Source: Gammaproteobacteria bacterium
GTDB lineage: Bacteria > Pseudomonadota > Gammaproteobacteria > SZUA-152
NCBI GenBank assembly: GCA_024276955.1
Contig: JAJRWE010000033.1
Coordinates: 54 to 64,053, forward strand
DNA: 64,000 nt
Reading direction: 5' to 3'
The notes under the pieces were generated by a model. It was not told the DNA's origin and did not search any database. It saw only the letters and a list, made by a program, of their open reading frames with translations. Of this stretch, positions 31,401 through 41,131 are shown piece by piece; within the stretch, counting starts at the first letter, position 1, and each line of letters begins with the position of its first letter. The position numbers and the translations under genes were made by a program.

Positions 31401-31525
31401 ACACCGACGGCCGACAACGGCTGCTGCCCAATGCCTTCACAGCGCGCTTCGGCGTCCCCGGCAAGAAGCGCTTTAACCTCAAGACCCTGCGCCAGTTCAT
31501 GAAACAGTCGCCCGCCGATAACTAA
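28448..31525 (+). CDS. LVIVD-repeat beta-propeller protein (~20 tandem ~44 aa repeats), secreted/membrane-anchored
   Basis: 1025 aa; N-terminal hydrophobic anchor ILVLLGGLFAFGLTLAAP; reiterated unit G..AY.A....GL.I.D(I/V)SDP..P...G..DTPG (e.g. LYVADWFSGLHLYDIREPANPRHLGNYHTPG; AFVADDDDGLLIVDVSDPAQIGLVGQF). Confidence 0.75.
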   Translation: MPGKEIVTPDRYRPRRQRNLSKILVLLGGLFAFGLTLAAPQAVSVNPDQVQRHQPATLNIKTTDWHPQAQLALVPGGPFSSHRLALPTTPRAIASDGQDAYVASRGGWLQIIEFPPGAEAEISAQLKIGDGHIHQLKVAHGQLLAAVDGMGVMLFDVSQPRQILHRWTYRSAAPVLDMQLGEGEAWLLLGNQQLKHLRFDESAPAEAEKSWSLPFTAHSFALQGETALVVGAKGIASLDLATPSAKIFDQHTTRGTPRRVQLAAGLALVDDGPGGLVVFDASDPHRLHWLGSHAKRGPIHGLSASADRVWVGVGERTLLSIALGNPALPAAGDALRLDAPLVGLAAHGDIVFAATTTGVQRLDFGTPAVADISPEGVNLGGSRRGVIRDDILYVADWFSGLHLYDIREPANPRHLGNYHTPGSSKGVTLYGDYALVGDDDYGLQIIDISDPRRPRWISELRWVSDISTLGLAYTMKRVGSTLYLADHRGGFQIIDLSDIEQPRILGALDTPGKSWAIDVSGHTAFVADDDDGLLIVDVSDPAQIGLVGQFNPGGHVEDVVVRDGLAYLALFDNGLFIVDVNDPTKPRPLAHLTIPGNARGITLVGSLAYVSGWESGLQVVDISDPRTPRIIGHFDTDGAAWGTTVQGDTAYVLDWWGGIKVLDVGNPARPTAIARYQARGTLQQLRRAGHYLFAASGAGGLQVFDIRNPLNPIWTTGADLPGEALDLWLEDGHAYVASGDAGVAVINTHDPFYTRIVGRLDTPGAAWLIRARNDYLFIADESAGLLLADAHDPAHPQLLSRQPMTINDLWVDDEGLYIAGPEGLQLLTLSESGRLIPAARFRAPGVQKIRSQDGLLAISLSDDTVQLLHREGDSFTPLGRFQPREPVLDLQLDGEQLFVLGAHSGLMTVDISRPNTPRLTTLYPATSRHRNLLLTGNAAFLGGERHLNSVTLLPPVQATTPPGKPIQLQLPSGLPSGRYHLLSINTDGRQRLLPNAFTARFGVPGKKRFNLKTLRQFMKQSPADN

Positions 31526-31580
31526 TTTGCGCCAAACCCGTCGCAATATCACATTGAAAAAGTACTAGTATTAAATTTTT

Positions 31581-33119
31581 TTGGGCATGCTGCCGCTAAT
31601 GCCAGTGGTCCATCAAACATATATTGATGGACCACGAATGCTCTGGCGGGCAAACACTGCCCACCAAATCCGGATAACACGACAGCAGGAAGTTGCAGTG
31701 GGGAACAACATGTCTACTTCAATTACAGTTCGACGTTTTCTCGATACGCAGGATGTTCCCTATTCCGTCATCCGCATCAGCCGCGGTGAGAACGGCAAGC
31801 TACTCAGTGAAGGTAAAGAGATCCCGTCTGTGAGCATTGCCAAGGCAGTAATTCTGAAAGACATTCGCGGCATGCTGATGGCGGTGTTTCCCATCACCCA
31901 CCGTCTCAGCCTGAACACACTGAATCGCCAACTGCACCGGCGCCTGGAACCCGCCGACACAGCCGACTATCACGGCGTATTCGCCGACTGCGCCCCCGGC
32001 CTGCTACCCGCGCTGGGCGAGGCCTACGGTTTTGAGACCATCATCGACGATAGCCTGCTGGATCAGAACCACATTTACCTGGCCTCTGGCAATACCGGCG
32101 AACTGATCCGCCTCAGTGGCGCGGATTTCCAGTTGCTGCACAGCAATGCCTGGTACGGCAATACCTTTTCCAGCATATCCGAAGGGCCGATGCAGAAAAA
32201 ATCCCCCAGTGGCACGCCACCGGCACCCGCCGCCGGCCCCAACGACAGCGGTATGATCCCTATTGCCGACATGCGCCGGCGCATCGAACGCATCAACGAA
32301 CTGCCCGCCATGCCCTCGCTGGCACAGAAGATTTTCCAGCTCAACGCCAACCCCTATGCCCATGCCGAGGACCTGGCCAAGCTGGTGGAACGCGATCCCA
32401 GCCTGTCGGCACAGATCGTGCGCTATGCCCAGTCGCCGTTTTACGGCTACCCGGGCAAGATCGCCTCGGTGCGTCAGGCCATCTCGCGTGTACTGGGCTA
32501 TGACATGGTAATGAACATGGCCCTGGGCATCGCCGCCGCACGGCCCTTCAAGCTGCCCGTGGACGGCCCGCTGGGGCTGGCCGAGTTCTGGCGACACGCC
32601 ACCTATAGCGCCACCCTGGTGCAGTCCCTGTGCAAGATCATCCCGCGCGAAAAACGGCCACGCCCCGGCACCGCCTACCTCGCCGGCCTGCTGCACAATT
32701 TTGGTTTCCTGCTGCTCGGCCACCTGTTTCCCAAGGAATTCAACGTGCTTTCCAAGGCCCTGCGCAAGGAACCGGAAATCCCCGTGGTGGAACAGGAACA
32801 GCGTCTGCTGGGCGTCAGCCACATGGAAATGGGTAGTTGGCTGATGGAGGCCTGGAACATGCCGGAGGAAATCCTCATCACCCAACGTGAACACCACAAC
32901 ACCGCCTACGACGGCCCGCATGCCGGCTATGTGCACCTGCTGCTGGTTTCCGACGCCCTGCTGAAGAGCCACGAGATCGGCGAGGCCAGCAGCAGCGAGC
33001 TGCCGGAGCGCTCCCTGCTCGCCCTGGGACTGAGCGAGGATGACGTCATCGGCGTGCTGGAAAGCACCATCGAAAACCGCGAATCCCTGGACACCATGGC
33101 CCGCCAGCTAGTGGCCTAA
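31581..33119 (+). CDS. YbaK/aminoacyl-tRNA deacylase-like domain fused to HDOD domain protein
   Basis: N-terminal block (probable start MSTSITVRRFLD at ~31710) resembles the YbaK/ProX deacylase fold. C-terminal ~280 aa is an HDOD domain (LPAMPSLAQKIFQLNANPYA...LAGLLHNFGFLLLGHLFP). Confidence 0.65.
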   Translation: MGMLPLMPVVHQTYIDGPRMLWRANTAHQIRITRQQEVAVGNNMSTSITVRRFLDTQDVPYSVIRISRGENGKLLSEGKEIPSVSIAKAVILKDIRGMLMAVFPITHRLSLNTLNRQLHRRLEPADTADYHGVFADCAPGLLPALGEAYGFETIIDDSLLDQNHIYLASGNTGELIRLSGADFQLLHSNAWYGNTFSSISEGPMQKKSPSGTPPAPAAGPNDSGMIPIADMRRRIERINELPAMPSLAQKIFQLNANPYAHAEDLAKLVERDPSLSAQIVRYAQSPFYGYPGKIASVRQAISRVLGYDMVMNMALGIAAARPFKLPVDGPLGLAEFWRHATYSATLVQSLCKIIPREKRPRPGTAYLAGLLHNFGFLLLGHLFPKEFNVLSKALRKEPEIPVVEQEQRLLGVSHMEMGSWLMEAWNMPEEILITQREHHNTAYDGPHAGYVHLLLVSDALLKSHEIGEASSSELPERSLLALGLSEDDVIGVLESTIENRESLDTMARQLVA

Positions 33120-33127
33120 AAAGAAAG

Positions 33128-34357
33128 ATGCCACTGAACCGAAGCGCGCAAAAGCCATCGAATGAACCATGGAGCCCCGCTACAGCGCCCGCCACCATGA
33201 CCTCCGACAGCGACCTCTACCGCGAGAACCAGCTGCTGCGCCGCAAGCTTCGCGCCTTTCTCACCCAGGCACGCGAGAACGAGCAGAAGATGCGCCGCTT
33301 CCACGAGCAGGAGCTGCGCCTGATCAGCACTCCCTCGCTGTCGGAACTGGTACAGCGCGTGCTGTACAACTATCGCACCGCCTTCACCCTCGACGTGGTG
33401 GGCCTCACCCTCCACGACCCCGGCTACGAGATCCAGCGTATCCTCGAAGACGAGGGTGTGCGAGTGGCGGAATTCACCAGCCTGCACTTCGTCGCCGAGA
33501 CCGACGAACTGGATAGCCTGTTCGGCGTCTCACTGGAGCCGCAGCTGGGCGCCTTTCGGCCTCACGAACACGATGCCCTGTTTCCCGGTGACTGCCGCGC
33601 ACAGAGCATCGCCCTGTTGCCTCTGGTGCGCTACGGCGAACTCATTGGCAGTCTCAACCTCGGCAGCAACGACCCGGATCGCTTCGTCGCGGGCTCCGCC
33701 ACCGACTTCCTGCAGCGCCTCGCCACCATCGTCGCCATCTGCCTGGAAAATGCCACCAATCATGAACGCCTCAAGCGCGTCGGCCTCACCGACTCCCTCA
33801 CCGGCGTCAACAATCGGCGCTTCTTCGATCAACGTCTGGGCGAGGAAGTGGCGCGCGCACAGCGCTCCGGTGAACCGCTGGCCTGCCTGTTTCTGGATAT
33901 CGATCACTTCAAGCGCATCAACGACCGCCACGGCCATCGCGTGGGCGACCGTGTGCTGAGCGAGGTGGCGGGGTTGATCCGCGAACAGCTGCGCAGCACC
34001 GATGTGCTGGGCCGTTATGGCGGCGAAGAATTTTCCGCGTTGCTGGTCAACGCGGAGAAAGGCAAGGCCCTGGAAATCGCCGAGCGCATCCGTGGCGTCA
34101 TCGAGGCGCGGCAATTTCCGCTGGAAGGTGGAGGGACGCTGTCGGCGACCATTTCCATCGGTGTCTCCAGCCTGCAGGCCACCGTCGAAGGCAGCGGGAA
34201 TATCGCCGAAGAGCTGGTGGATCGCGCCGATCAGGCGCTCTATCTGGCCAAGAATGCTGGCCGCAACCGGGTGGTGCCGGCCGAGGAAGGGCACTCAGCC
34301 AGCGCCGACATCACCGAGCTGAAGCCCGCTGCAATAATGTTATCGCGGCCGCGATGA
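33128..34357 (+). CDS. Sensor diguanylate cyclase (DUF484/GAF-like N-domain + GGDEF)
   Basis: 409 aa; N-terminal coiled-coil/DUF484-like region; GGDEF domain with RYGGEEF active site and RxxD I-site (RINDRH). Confidence 0.8.
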   Translation: MPLNRSAQKPSNEPWSPATAPATMTSDSDLYRENQLLRRKLRAFLTQARENEQKMRRFHEQELRLISTPSLSELVQRVLYNYRTAFTLDVVGLTLHDPGYEIQRILEDEGVRVAEFTSLHFVAETDELDSLFGVSLEPQLGAFRPHEHDALFPGDCRAQSIALLPLVRYGELIGSLNLGSNDPDRFVAGSATDFLQRLATIVAICLENATNHERLKRVGLTDSLTGVNNRRFFDQRLGEEVARAQRSGEPLACLFLDIDHFKRINDRHGHRVGDRVLSEVAGLIREQLRSTDVLGRYGGEEFSALLVNAEKGKALEIAERIRGVIEARQFPLEGGGTLSATISIGVSSLQATVEGSGNIAEELVDRADQALYLAKNAGRNRVVPAEEGHSASADITELKPAAIMLSRPR

Positions 34358-35647
34358 GCCACTGCGGCCACGCGAGTGCCGCGAAGAACCCGAACCACCC
34401 CGGCCCCGCCCGGAGCCCGAACGGCCACCGCCCGGCTTCGGCTTGCGCGCGATGCGCACCCGCGGCTTGATGTCTTCCGCCAGCAATTCGGGCGTGACCC
34501 GCCCACGCGGAATCTCGTAGTCGATATAGTCCTGAATATCCCCCAGTGAAAAGGCGTACTCCTCACAGGCGAAGCTGATGGCATCACCTCTGGCGCCAGC
34601 GCGTGCGGTGCGGCCAATGCGGTGCACGTAGTCCTCGGCGTCCTGCGGCAGGTCGTAATTGATAACGTGACTGACATCGGGAATGTGCAGACCACGCGCC
34701 GCTACGTCCGTGGCCACCATCACCGGCAGTTCACCGGCCTGGAATTGCGTCAGCAGGCTAATGCGCTTTTTCTGCGGCACGTCGCCGGACAGCACCGCGG
34801 CCTGGATGCCGTTGCTCTCCAGATAACCCCACACGCGCTCGGCGGCACGCTTGGTATTGACGAAAATAATCGTGCGGGTCGGATCCATGTGCCGCAGCAG
34901 GCCCAGCAGCAGCGGTATCTTCTCCTCGTTGGAGGGCCCATAGACGATCTCGGTGACACGGTCGGCGGTCACCTTGTCGGTCTCCACGCTGATCGTCACG
35001 GCCTTGTTCATGTGCTCGTAGGCCAGCTCGGTGACACGCAGCGGCAGGGTGGCGGAGAACAGCATGTTGAGGCGCTCCTCCGGCGGCGGCATGCGCCGCA
35101 GCAGGTAGCGGATGTCCTTGATAAAGCCGAGGTCGAACATGCGGTCGGCCTCATCCAGCACCATCGCCTGCACCTGCTTCAGGTCGTAGACATGCTGCTT
35201 GAAATAGTCGATGAGCCGACCCGGCGTACCAACAAGGATGTCGACGCCCGCCTGCAGATCATTGCGCTGCTGCTCATAGCCGGAGCCGCCATAGACCACT
35301 TGAATACGGAAATCCGTATTGCCGGCCAGGGCCAGGGCGTCCTTGTGAATCTGGATCGCCAGCTCGCGGGTAGGGGCAAGAATAAAGGCGCGCGGCTGAT
35401 TGGGCCGACGCGACGCCGATGGCGGCACCGTCAGCAGACGATGCAGGGCGGCGAGCAGAAAGGCCGCCGTCTTGCCAGTACCGGTCTGCGCCTGGCCGAG
35501 CACGTCCTGTCCCTTGAGGGCCAGCGGCAGGGTCTCTGCCTGAATCGGTGTGCAGTAAGAAAACCCTGCCGTTTCAACGCCTTGTACCAGCGCATCGGCA
35601 AGCCCCAACTCCCTGAATGAAGTCTCTGTGAGATGTGTGTCTGACAT
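34340..35647 (-). CDS. rhlB: ATP-dependent RNA helicase RhlB (DEAD-box)
   Basis: Start [11 protein letters not shown] (the ORF extends 24 codons further 5'); Q-motif, [21 protein letters not shown] motifs; Arg/Gly-rich C-terminal tail. Confidence 0.85.
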   Translation of the reverse strand: MSDTHLTETSFRELGLADALVQGVETAGFSYCTPIQAETLPLALKGQDVLGQAQTGTGKTAAFLLAALHRLLTVPPSASRRPNQPRAFILAPTRELAIQIHKDALALAGNTDFRIQVVYGGSGYEQQRNDLQAGVDILVGTPGRLIDYFKQHVYDLKQVQAMVLDEADRMFDLGFIKDIRYLLRRMPPPEERLNMLFSATLPLRVTELAYEHMNKAVTISVETDKVTADRVTEIVYGPSNEEKIPLLLGLLRHMDPTRTIIFVNTKRAAERVWGYLESNGIQAAVLSGDVPQKKRISLLTQFQAGELPVMVATDVAARGLHIPDVSHVINYDLPQDAEDYVHRIGRTARAGARGDAISFACEEYAFSLGDIQDYIDYEIPRGRVTPELLAEDIKPRVRIARKPKPGGGRSGSGRGRGGSGSSRHSRGRSGSSRPR

Positions 35648-35940
35648 AGGCAGAAGAGAATAACAAAATTGCCACGGCTTTGGGCTTGAAATCGGCCGCG
35701 TATTGAGCTGAAATGTCACATCAGCCCGGGTTATCGATATTTTCCAGGAGTTTGTCGGGTTGTAGATGGTCGTCTCGAGGGAAAACTATTTTATTGGATC
35801 CAATTTTTTGATCGTTTGAGGCGAACAGCCGTCGCTATTCAACGAAAAGGATCGAAAAAATTGGCCACAATGGATTTTCTGCAGCAGATCCGCCCTAAAC
35901 CCGACGGTCTACCCGGCCGATAACCTCAATTTCATCCCAA

Positions 35941-36282
35941 ATGGAGATCCATCACGTGAGTGGAAACATCGTTTACCTCTCAGACGATTCCTTCGAAGAA
36001 GAAGTCGTCAATGCCGACGGCCCGGTTCTGGTCGATTACTGGGCAGACTGGTGCGGCCCCTGCAAAATGATTGCACCAATCCTCGATGAGATCGCCGAAG
36101 AATACGCAGGCAAGGTCAAGATCGCCAAGCTTAACATTGACGAAAATCCGGCCACCCCACCGAAGTTCGGCATTCGCGGCATCCCCACCCTGATGCTGTT
36201 CAAGGGTGGTAATGTCGAAGCAACCAAGGTTGGCGCCGTCTCCAAGTCCCAACTCACCGCCTTCCTCGACAGCAATATCTAA
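35941..36282 (+). CDS. trxA: Thioredoxin 1
   Basis: [34 protein letters not shown]...[12 protein letters not shown]; alternative GTG start at 35956 would match E. coli TrxA length. Confidence 0.95.
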   Translation: MEIHHVSGNIVYLSDDSFEEEVVNADGPVLVDYWADWCGPCKMIAPILDEIAEEYAGKVKIAKLNIDENPATPPKFGIRGIPTLMLFKGGNVEATKVGAVSKSQLTAFLDSNI

Positions 36283-36527
36283 AGCTGACTTATAGCCATG
36301 GGGCGCCACCAGTACTAGACGGCGCCCCGCCATCGTGTTAGCTTACACGCCAAAGCGCCAGGTTCAACTGCGTGCCGACGTTCCGGCCCACTCCCAATAA
36401 AGCCCTTTAGACACACAGCAAGCTTGTATCTGATCGCCTGCGCGTCACGTCCGTTCACACGAACGCTCATCCCAGATTCCCCTGATCGACTAAACCCTTT
36501 CTATTGCATCCAACCGACCGAAGAACC

Positions 36528-37784
<1,257 letters not shown>

Positions 37785-37800
37785 GCAGGAATCTCCAGCA

Positions 37801-38571
37801 GTGACATTCGCCTTGACCTCCCTTCACGCCATCTCGTGGCGCACGACCTTCATCCTGTTGATAATGCTGGCTACCTTGCTGGGCGGCTGTTCACGCGAGA
37901 CTTACACCTCGTTGATGAACGCGGCGAAAGACGGCAATGTTGAGGCCATTGTGCGCATTCTCGACAGCGGCGCCGACGTCAACGAACGCACCACGGAGGG
38001 CAAGCGCGCCCTGATGATGGCCGCCTCGGAGGGCCACGCCGATGCGGTGCAGCTGCTGATCGAGCGCGGTGCAGACGTGGATGCTGTGGATGCACACAAC
38101 ACCACGGCGTTGATCGTCGCCGCCACCGGCGGGTACGACGATGCCGTCACCCTACTGCTGGGAAACGGCGCCAATCCGCTGGCCCGCGACGACAGCGGCG
38201 GCAGCCCGCTGGTCAACGCCATTTATTTCGGCCGCAGCCAGACGGTACGGCTGCTGCTGGATAAAGCCCCGCCTCTGGACAGACAGGATGGCGAAGAACT
38301 GCTGCTACTGGCCTCGGGACTGGGGCACACGGAAGCGGTGGCGGCACTGCTCGATGACGGCGTGGACGTAAATGGACGCGGCCTGAAGCAGCGCACCGCG
38401 CTAATGGCCGCCGCAGCCTTCAATCAGCCCGAGGTCGCCCGTTTGCTGCTGAAACGCGGCGCCGACCCCGCGGCCCGCGACGAAGACGGCGAGACCGCCC
38501 TCAGCGTGGCGGAGGACAAGGGCAACAAGGAAGTCATCGGCCTGCTAAAGACGGCCACAAGCCCCTCCTGA
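37801..38571 (+). CDS. Ankyrin-repeat lipoprotein
   Basis: 256 aa; lipobox LLGGCS; >=6 ankyrin repeats (GADVNERTTEGKRALMMAASEGHADAVQLLIERGADV...). Confidence 0.8.
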   Translation: MTFALTSLHAISWRTTFILLIMLATLLGGCSRETYTSLMNAAKDGNVEAIVRILDSGADVNERTTEGKRALMMAASEGHADAVQLLIERGADVDAVDAHNTTALIVAATGGYDDAVTLLLGNGANPLARDDSGGSPLVNAIYFGRSQTVRLLLDKAPPLDRQDGEELLLLASGLGHTEAVAALLDDGVDVNGRGLKQRTALMAAAAFNQPEVARLLLKRGADPAARDEDGETALSVAEDKGNKEVIGLLKTATSPS

Positions 38572-38609
38572 ACCTACTTGCCGAACCTACTTGCCGAACC
38601 TACTTGAGG
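38571..38609. repeat. 3 x 13 bp tandem repeat (aacctacttgccg) in the convergent intergenic gap
   Basis: aacctacttgccg aacctacttgccg aacctacttgagg directly after the ankyrin gene stop. Confidence 0.85.
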
Positions 38610-38612
38610 GCA

Positions 38613-39308
38613 CTACCACCACTTCGGTCCGGAGCCCGGGTGCGACACGCTGTGACAGCGCTCGCAAACAAAGAGCGAAAATGACACCTTACCGTGGCAG
38701 ACGCCACAGTATTCACCCGCCAGCACGGCATTCATGGTGATATTGTTGCCGCCCGCTTTCGGTTCGAAAATCTCCGAATGGCAGTTGGTGCAATCCAGCC
38801 ACGCGGTATGACTGCTGTGCGGGAACAGCACCCAGGGCATCAGCTGCGTGCGCTTCATGAGGATATCCATATCCAGAACCTGCATCTCTGACTGGCCCAG
38901 CAGATCGGCGCGCGGCTCAATCAACGCCTCATCCAACGCCAGCACCCAGTCCACTTCGCCACGCCGGTCACGCGGAAATTCGGCCATCGCCTGCACCGGA
39001 TCCTGCAGGATGGCCAACGATTCATTGAGCGCATCGTGGATGCCGTCGTTGCGCGGTGACTCACTGGCCTGTTCCACTGCTGGAGTCTGCGTCAACGGCG
39101 CACTGGGCTCGACCGCCGGAATCGCTTCAACGGACGGGGCCGGCGTCTCCGCCTGCACCATGCCCTCGTCCAGCGCCGCCTGCAATTCAGACGTCAGCAC
39201 CACCGGGCTTTCCGCTTCCTCCACAAGCTGGGTATCCAGCCCGGCCTTGCAGCCCACCAACACCACCAACATCATCATCAGCAAAAGAGCTTTCATCATC
39301 ACCACCAC
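38613..39308 (-). CDS. Triheme c-type cytochrome lipoprotein (paralog 2)
   Basis: 231 aa; lipobox LVGCKAG; three CxxCH motifs at the C-terminus (CTNCH, CGVCH, CERCH) preceded by VLFPHSSHTAWL (His distal ligands); Ala/Pro/Glu-rich linker. Confidence 0.75.
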   Translation of the reverse strand: MVVMMKALLLMMMLVVLVGCKAGLDTQLVEEAESPVVLTSELQAALDEGMVQAETPAPSVEAIPAVEPSAPLTQTPAVEQASESPRNDGIHDALNESLAILQDPVQAMAEFPRDRRGEVDWVLALDEALIEPRADLLGQSEMQVLDMDILMKRTQLMPWVLFPHSSHTAWLDCTNCHSEIFEPKAGGNNITMNAVLAGEYCGVCHGKVSFSLFVCERCHSVSHPGSGPKWW

Positions 39309-39934
39309 TTCGCCGGCGAGCCTTCATGGGGCACGCTGTGACAACGCTCACACACCCACAGCGTAAACGACACCTTGCCATGGCAGCGGCCGCAGAATTC
39401 ACCGGCCAGCACCGCATCCATGGTGATCTTGTTGGCCCCGGCCTGGGGAATAAATATCTCGTCGTGACAATTGGTGCAGTCCAGCCAGGCGGTGTGCTTG
39501 TTGTGCGGGAACAACACCCAGGGCATGGCGCCAGTGTTCTTGAACATGATGTCCATGTCCATTACCTGCATCTCGGATTCACCCAGCAGATCGGCACGCG
39601 GCGAAATAATGCCCAGATCCAGCGCCTTCACCCAGTCAGCGGCACCACGGCGGTCGATGGGAAAGGCCGCCAGCGCCTCAGCGGGCTCCTGCAGGGCCGA
39701 GAAGGCCTCATTCTGCGGATCGTGAATACCGTCGCTGGCCAGTGACTCCACGTCCAGAGTCGCCTGGGTAGGCCGCGAGCGGCGCCAGCTGGTACCGGTG
39801 TCTTCGCTGCCATCCACCACATAGCCAGCGCTGCGCGAGACAGAGGGAGGCTGAGACGAACAGGCGACCAGCAGCAGGGCCGCTAGACCCAACGATATCA
39901 GTGTTGTTATGAAAACACGCATCCCGTCACTCAC
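39299..39934 (-). CDS. Triheme c-type cytochrome lipoprotein (paralog 1)
   Basis: 211 aa; lipobox LLVACSS; C-terminal ~110 aa ~75% identical to the downstream paralog, including CTNCH, CGRCH, CERCH; 10 nt overlap with paralog 2. Confidence 0.75.
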   Translation of the reverse strand: MSDGMRVFITTLISLGLAALLLVACSSQPPSVSRSAGYVVDGSEDTGTSWRRSRPTQATLDVESLASDGIHDPQNEAFSALQEPAEALAAFPIDRRGAADWVKALDLGIISPRADLLGESEMQVMDMDIMFKNTGAMPWVLFPHNKHTAWLDCTNCHDEIFIPQAGANKITMDAVLAGEFCGRCHGKVSFTLWVCERCHSVPHEGSPAKWW

Positions 39935-40489
39935 TCAGTATTTCGCACCGGCGGCCTGCAGCAATGCCAGTATCTCGGTCTGCCCCTCGCTACGCGCAAT
40001 CATCACGGCATTGCGCCCATTCTTCGTCGTGGCATTGGCATCGGCACCCGCGGCCAACAGCACGTCAACAAGCCCGGCATGCTCCCGGGTAACCGCCCAC
40101 AACAGCGGCGTCCAGTCCTTGTTATCGGCCAGATTGACATCCGCGCCCTGCTCGATCAAAAACATTGCGGCCCCCTGCTGGCCCTTGGTCACGGCACGCA
40201 GCAGTGGTGTCCAGCCATCATTGTCCTGTGCGTTGATATCGGCGCCTGCCGCCAGTAACACACGCAGACTGTCGATATCGCCCTGCCGCGCTGCATGCAT
40301 CAATGCCGTCCAACCGTAACGATTGCGCGCATCGACAGCATCTCCCTGTGCCAGCCTGGCCTCGATCGACACCACATCACCGGACATGGCCTGCGCCATC
40401 AGCTCCGTGTTGCCATCGCAGGCAGCCACCAGCCACAGCAACAAAAAAGCAGACATCAGCCGGCCGATCTTTCCCCCAATACTACCCAT
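39935..40489 (-). CDS. Ankyrin-repeat lipoprotein
   Basis: 184 aa; LVAACDG lipobox; four ankyrin repeats; stop abuts the start of cytochrome paralog 1. Confidence 0.8.
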   Translation of the reverse strand: MGSIGGKIGRLMSAFLLLWLVAACDGNTELMAQAMSGDVVSIEARLAQGDAVDARNRYGWTALMHAARQGDIDSLRVLLAAGADINAQDNDGWTPLLRAVTKGQQGAAMFLIEQGADVNLADNKDWTPLLWAVTREHAGLVDVLLAAGADANATTKNGRNAVMIARSEGQTEILALLQAAGAKY

Positions 40490-40558
40490 TTATCCCCCAC
40501 CCAATACACCGTAGATCGTCAACAAAAACAGCCGTGAAGTATTTTTCTTTCGATTGTA

Positions 40559-40718
40559 CCTGAATCCGTGACTTCAGGGCGGATGCAGAGTGCAAGATAT
40601 TGATTACACAGTGGAATCAAAAAATCTTAGCTTCACCCATAGGTTAAGCGGGCATTTTTTGAACCGCTGTGAAATCAAGGGCTTGTGCTATGCGCCGTCA
40701 TGAAGTCACGGATTCAGG
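40559..40718. mobile_element. MITE-like element with perfect 18 bp terminal inverted repeats
   Basis: cctgaatccgtgacttca (40559-40576) and its exact reverse complement tgaagtcacggattcagg (40701-40718) flank ~125 bp. The internal segment includes a duplicated block ctgtgaaatcaa / cagtggaatcaa. The right half recurs at 1374-1434. Confidence 0.6.
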
Positions 40719-40809
40719 TTGTAACCAATCCCCCCTCCCGGGAATAGGCAGGCACCCCGCCACTCGGTTAAGATCGGCAGCCTGACAACAACGGCTGGCG
40801 ACACGACTC

Positions 40810-41121
40810 ATGGCATCCATACCCTGCCCCCATTGTGAGCAGAAATCCTTTTCCTGGTGGGACAAATACCGCAGTGCAAAGTGGGCCATCATGCATTGCC
40901 CGAACTGCGACGGCCGCGTCTGCGCCCAACCCCTCGTCATGGCCGCCATGTACTTCCTCTATCTGTGGGACGTGGTGCTGTTCGGTTACCTCGCCTATCT
41001 CGACAGCCTCTGGTATCTGCTCGCCGGCCTGGTGGGCTGGCTGATCCTCGACTACTTCAGCCTCTACATCCCCCTCTCCGCCATGCGCAGGGCCGACAGT
41101 GGCCCGGACAAGAGCCACTAA
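40810..41121 (+). CDS. Hypothetical small membrane protein with N-terminal zinc-ribbon-like CxxC...CxxC
   Basis: 103 aa; CPHC...CPNC followed by two hydrophobic helices; no homolog recognised. Confidence 0.35.
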   Translation: MASIPCPHCEQKSFSWWDKYRSAKWAIMHCPNCDGRVCAQPLVMAAMYFLYLWDVVLFGYLAYLDSLWYLLAGLVGWLILDYFSLYIPLSAMRRADSGPDKSH

Positions 41122-41131
41122 AGCCGCAACG

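Noticed and set aside
36283-36340. Hairpin ggggcgcc...ggcgcccc after trxA as an intrinsic terminator
   Set aside because: No T-tract follows the stem. The region is the beginning of the long rho leader and may simply be part of its attenuator structure.
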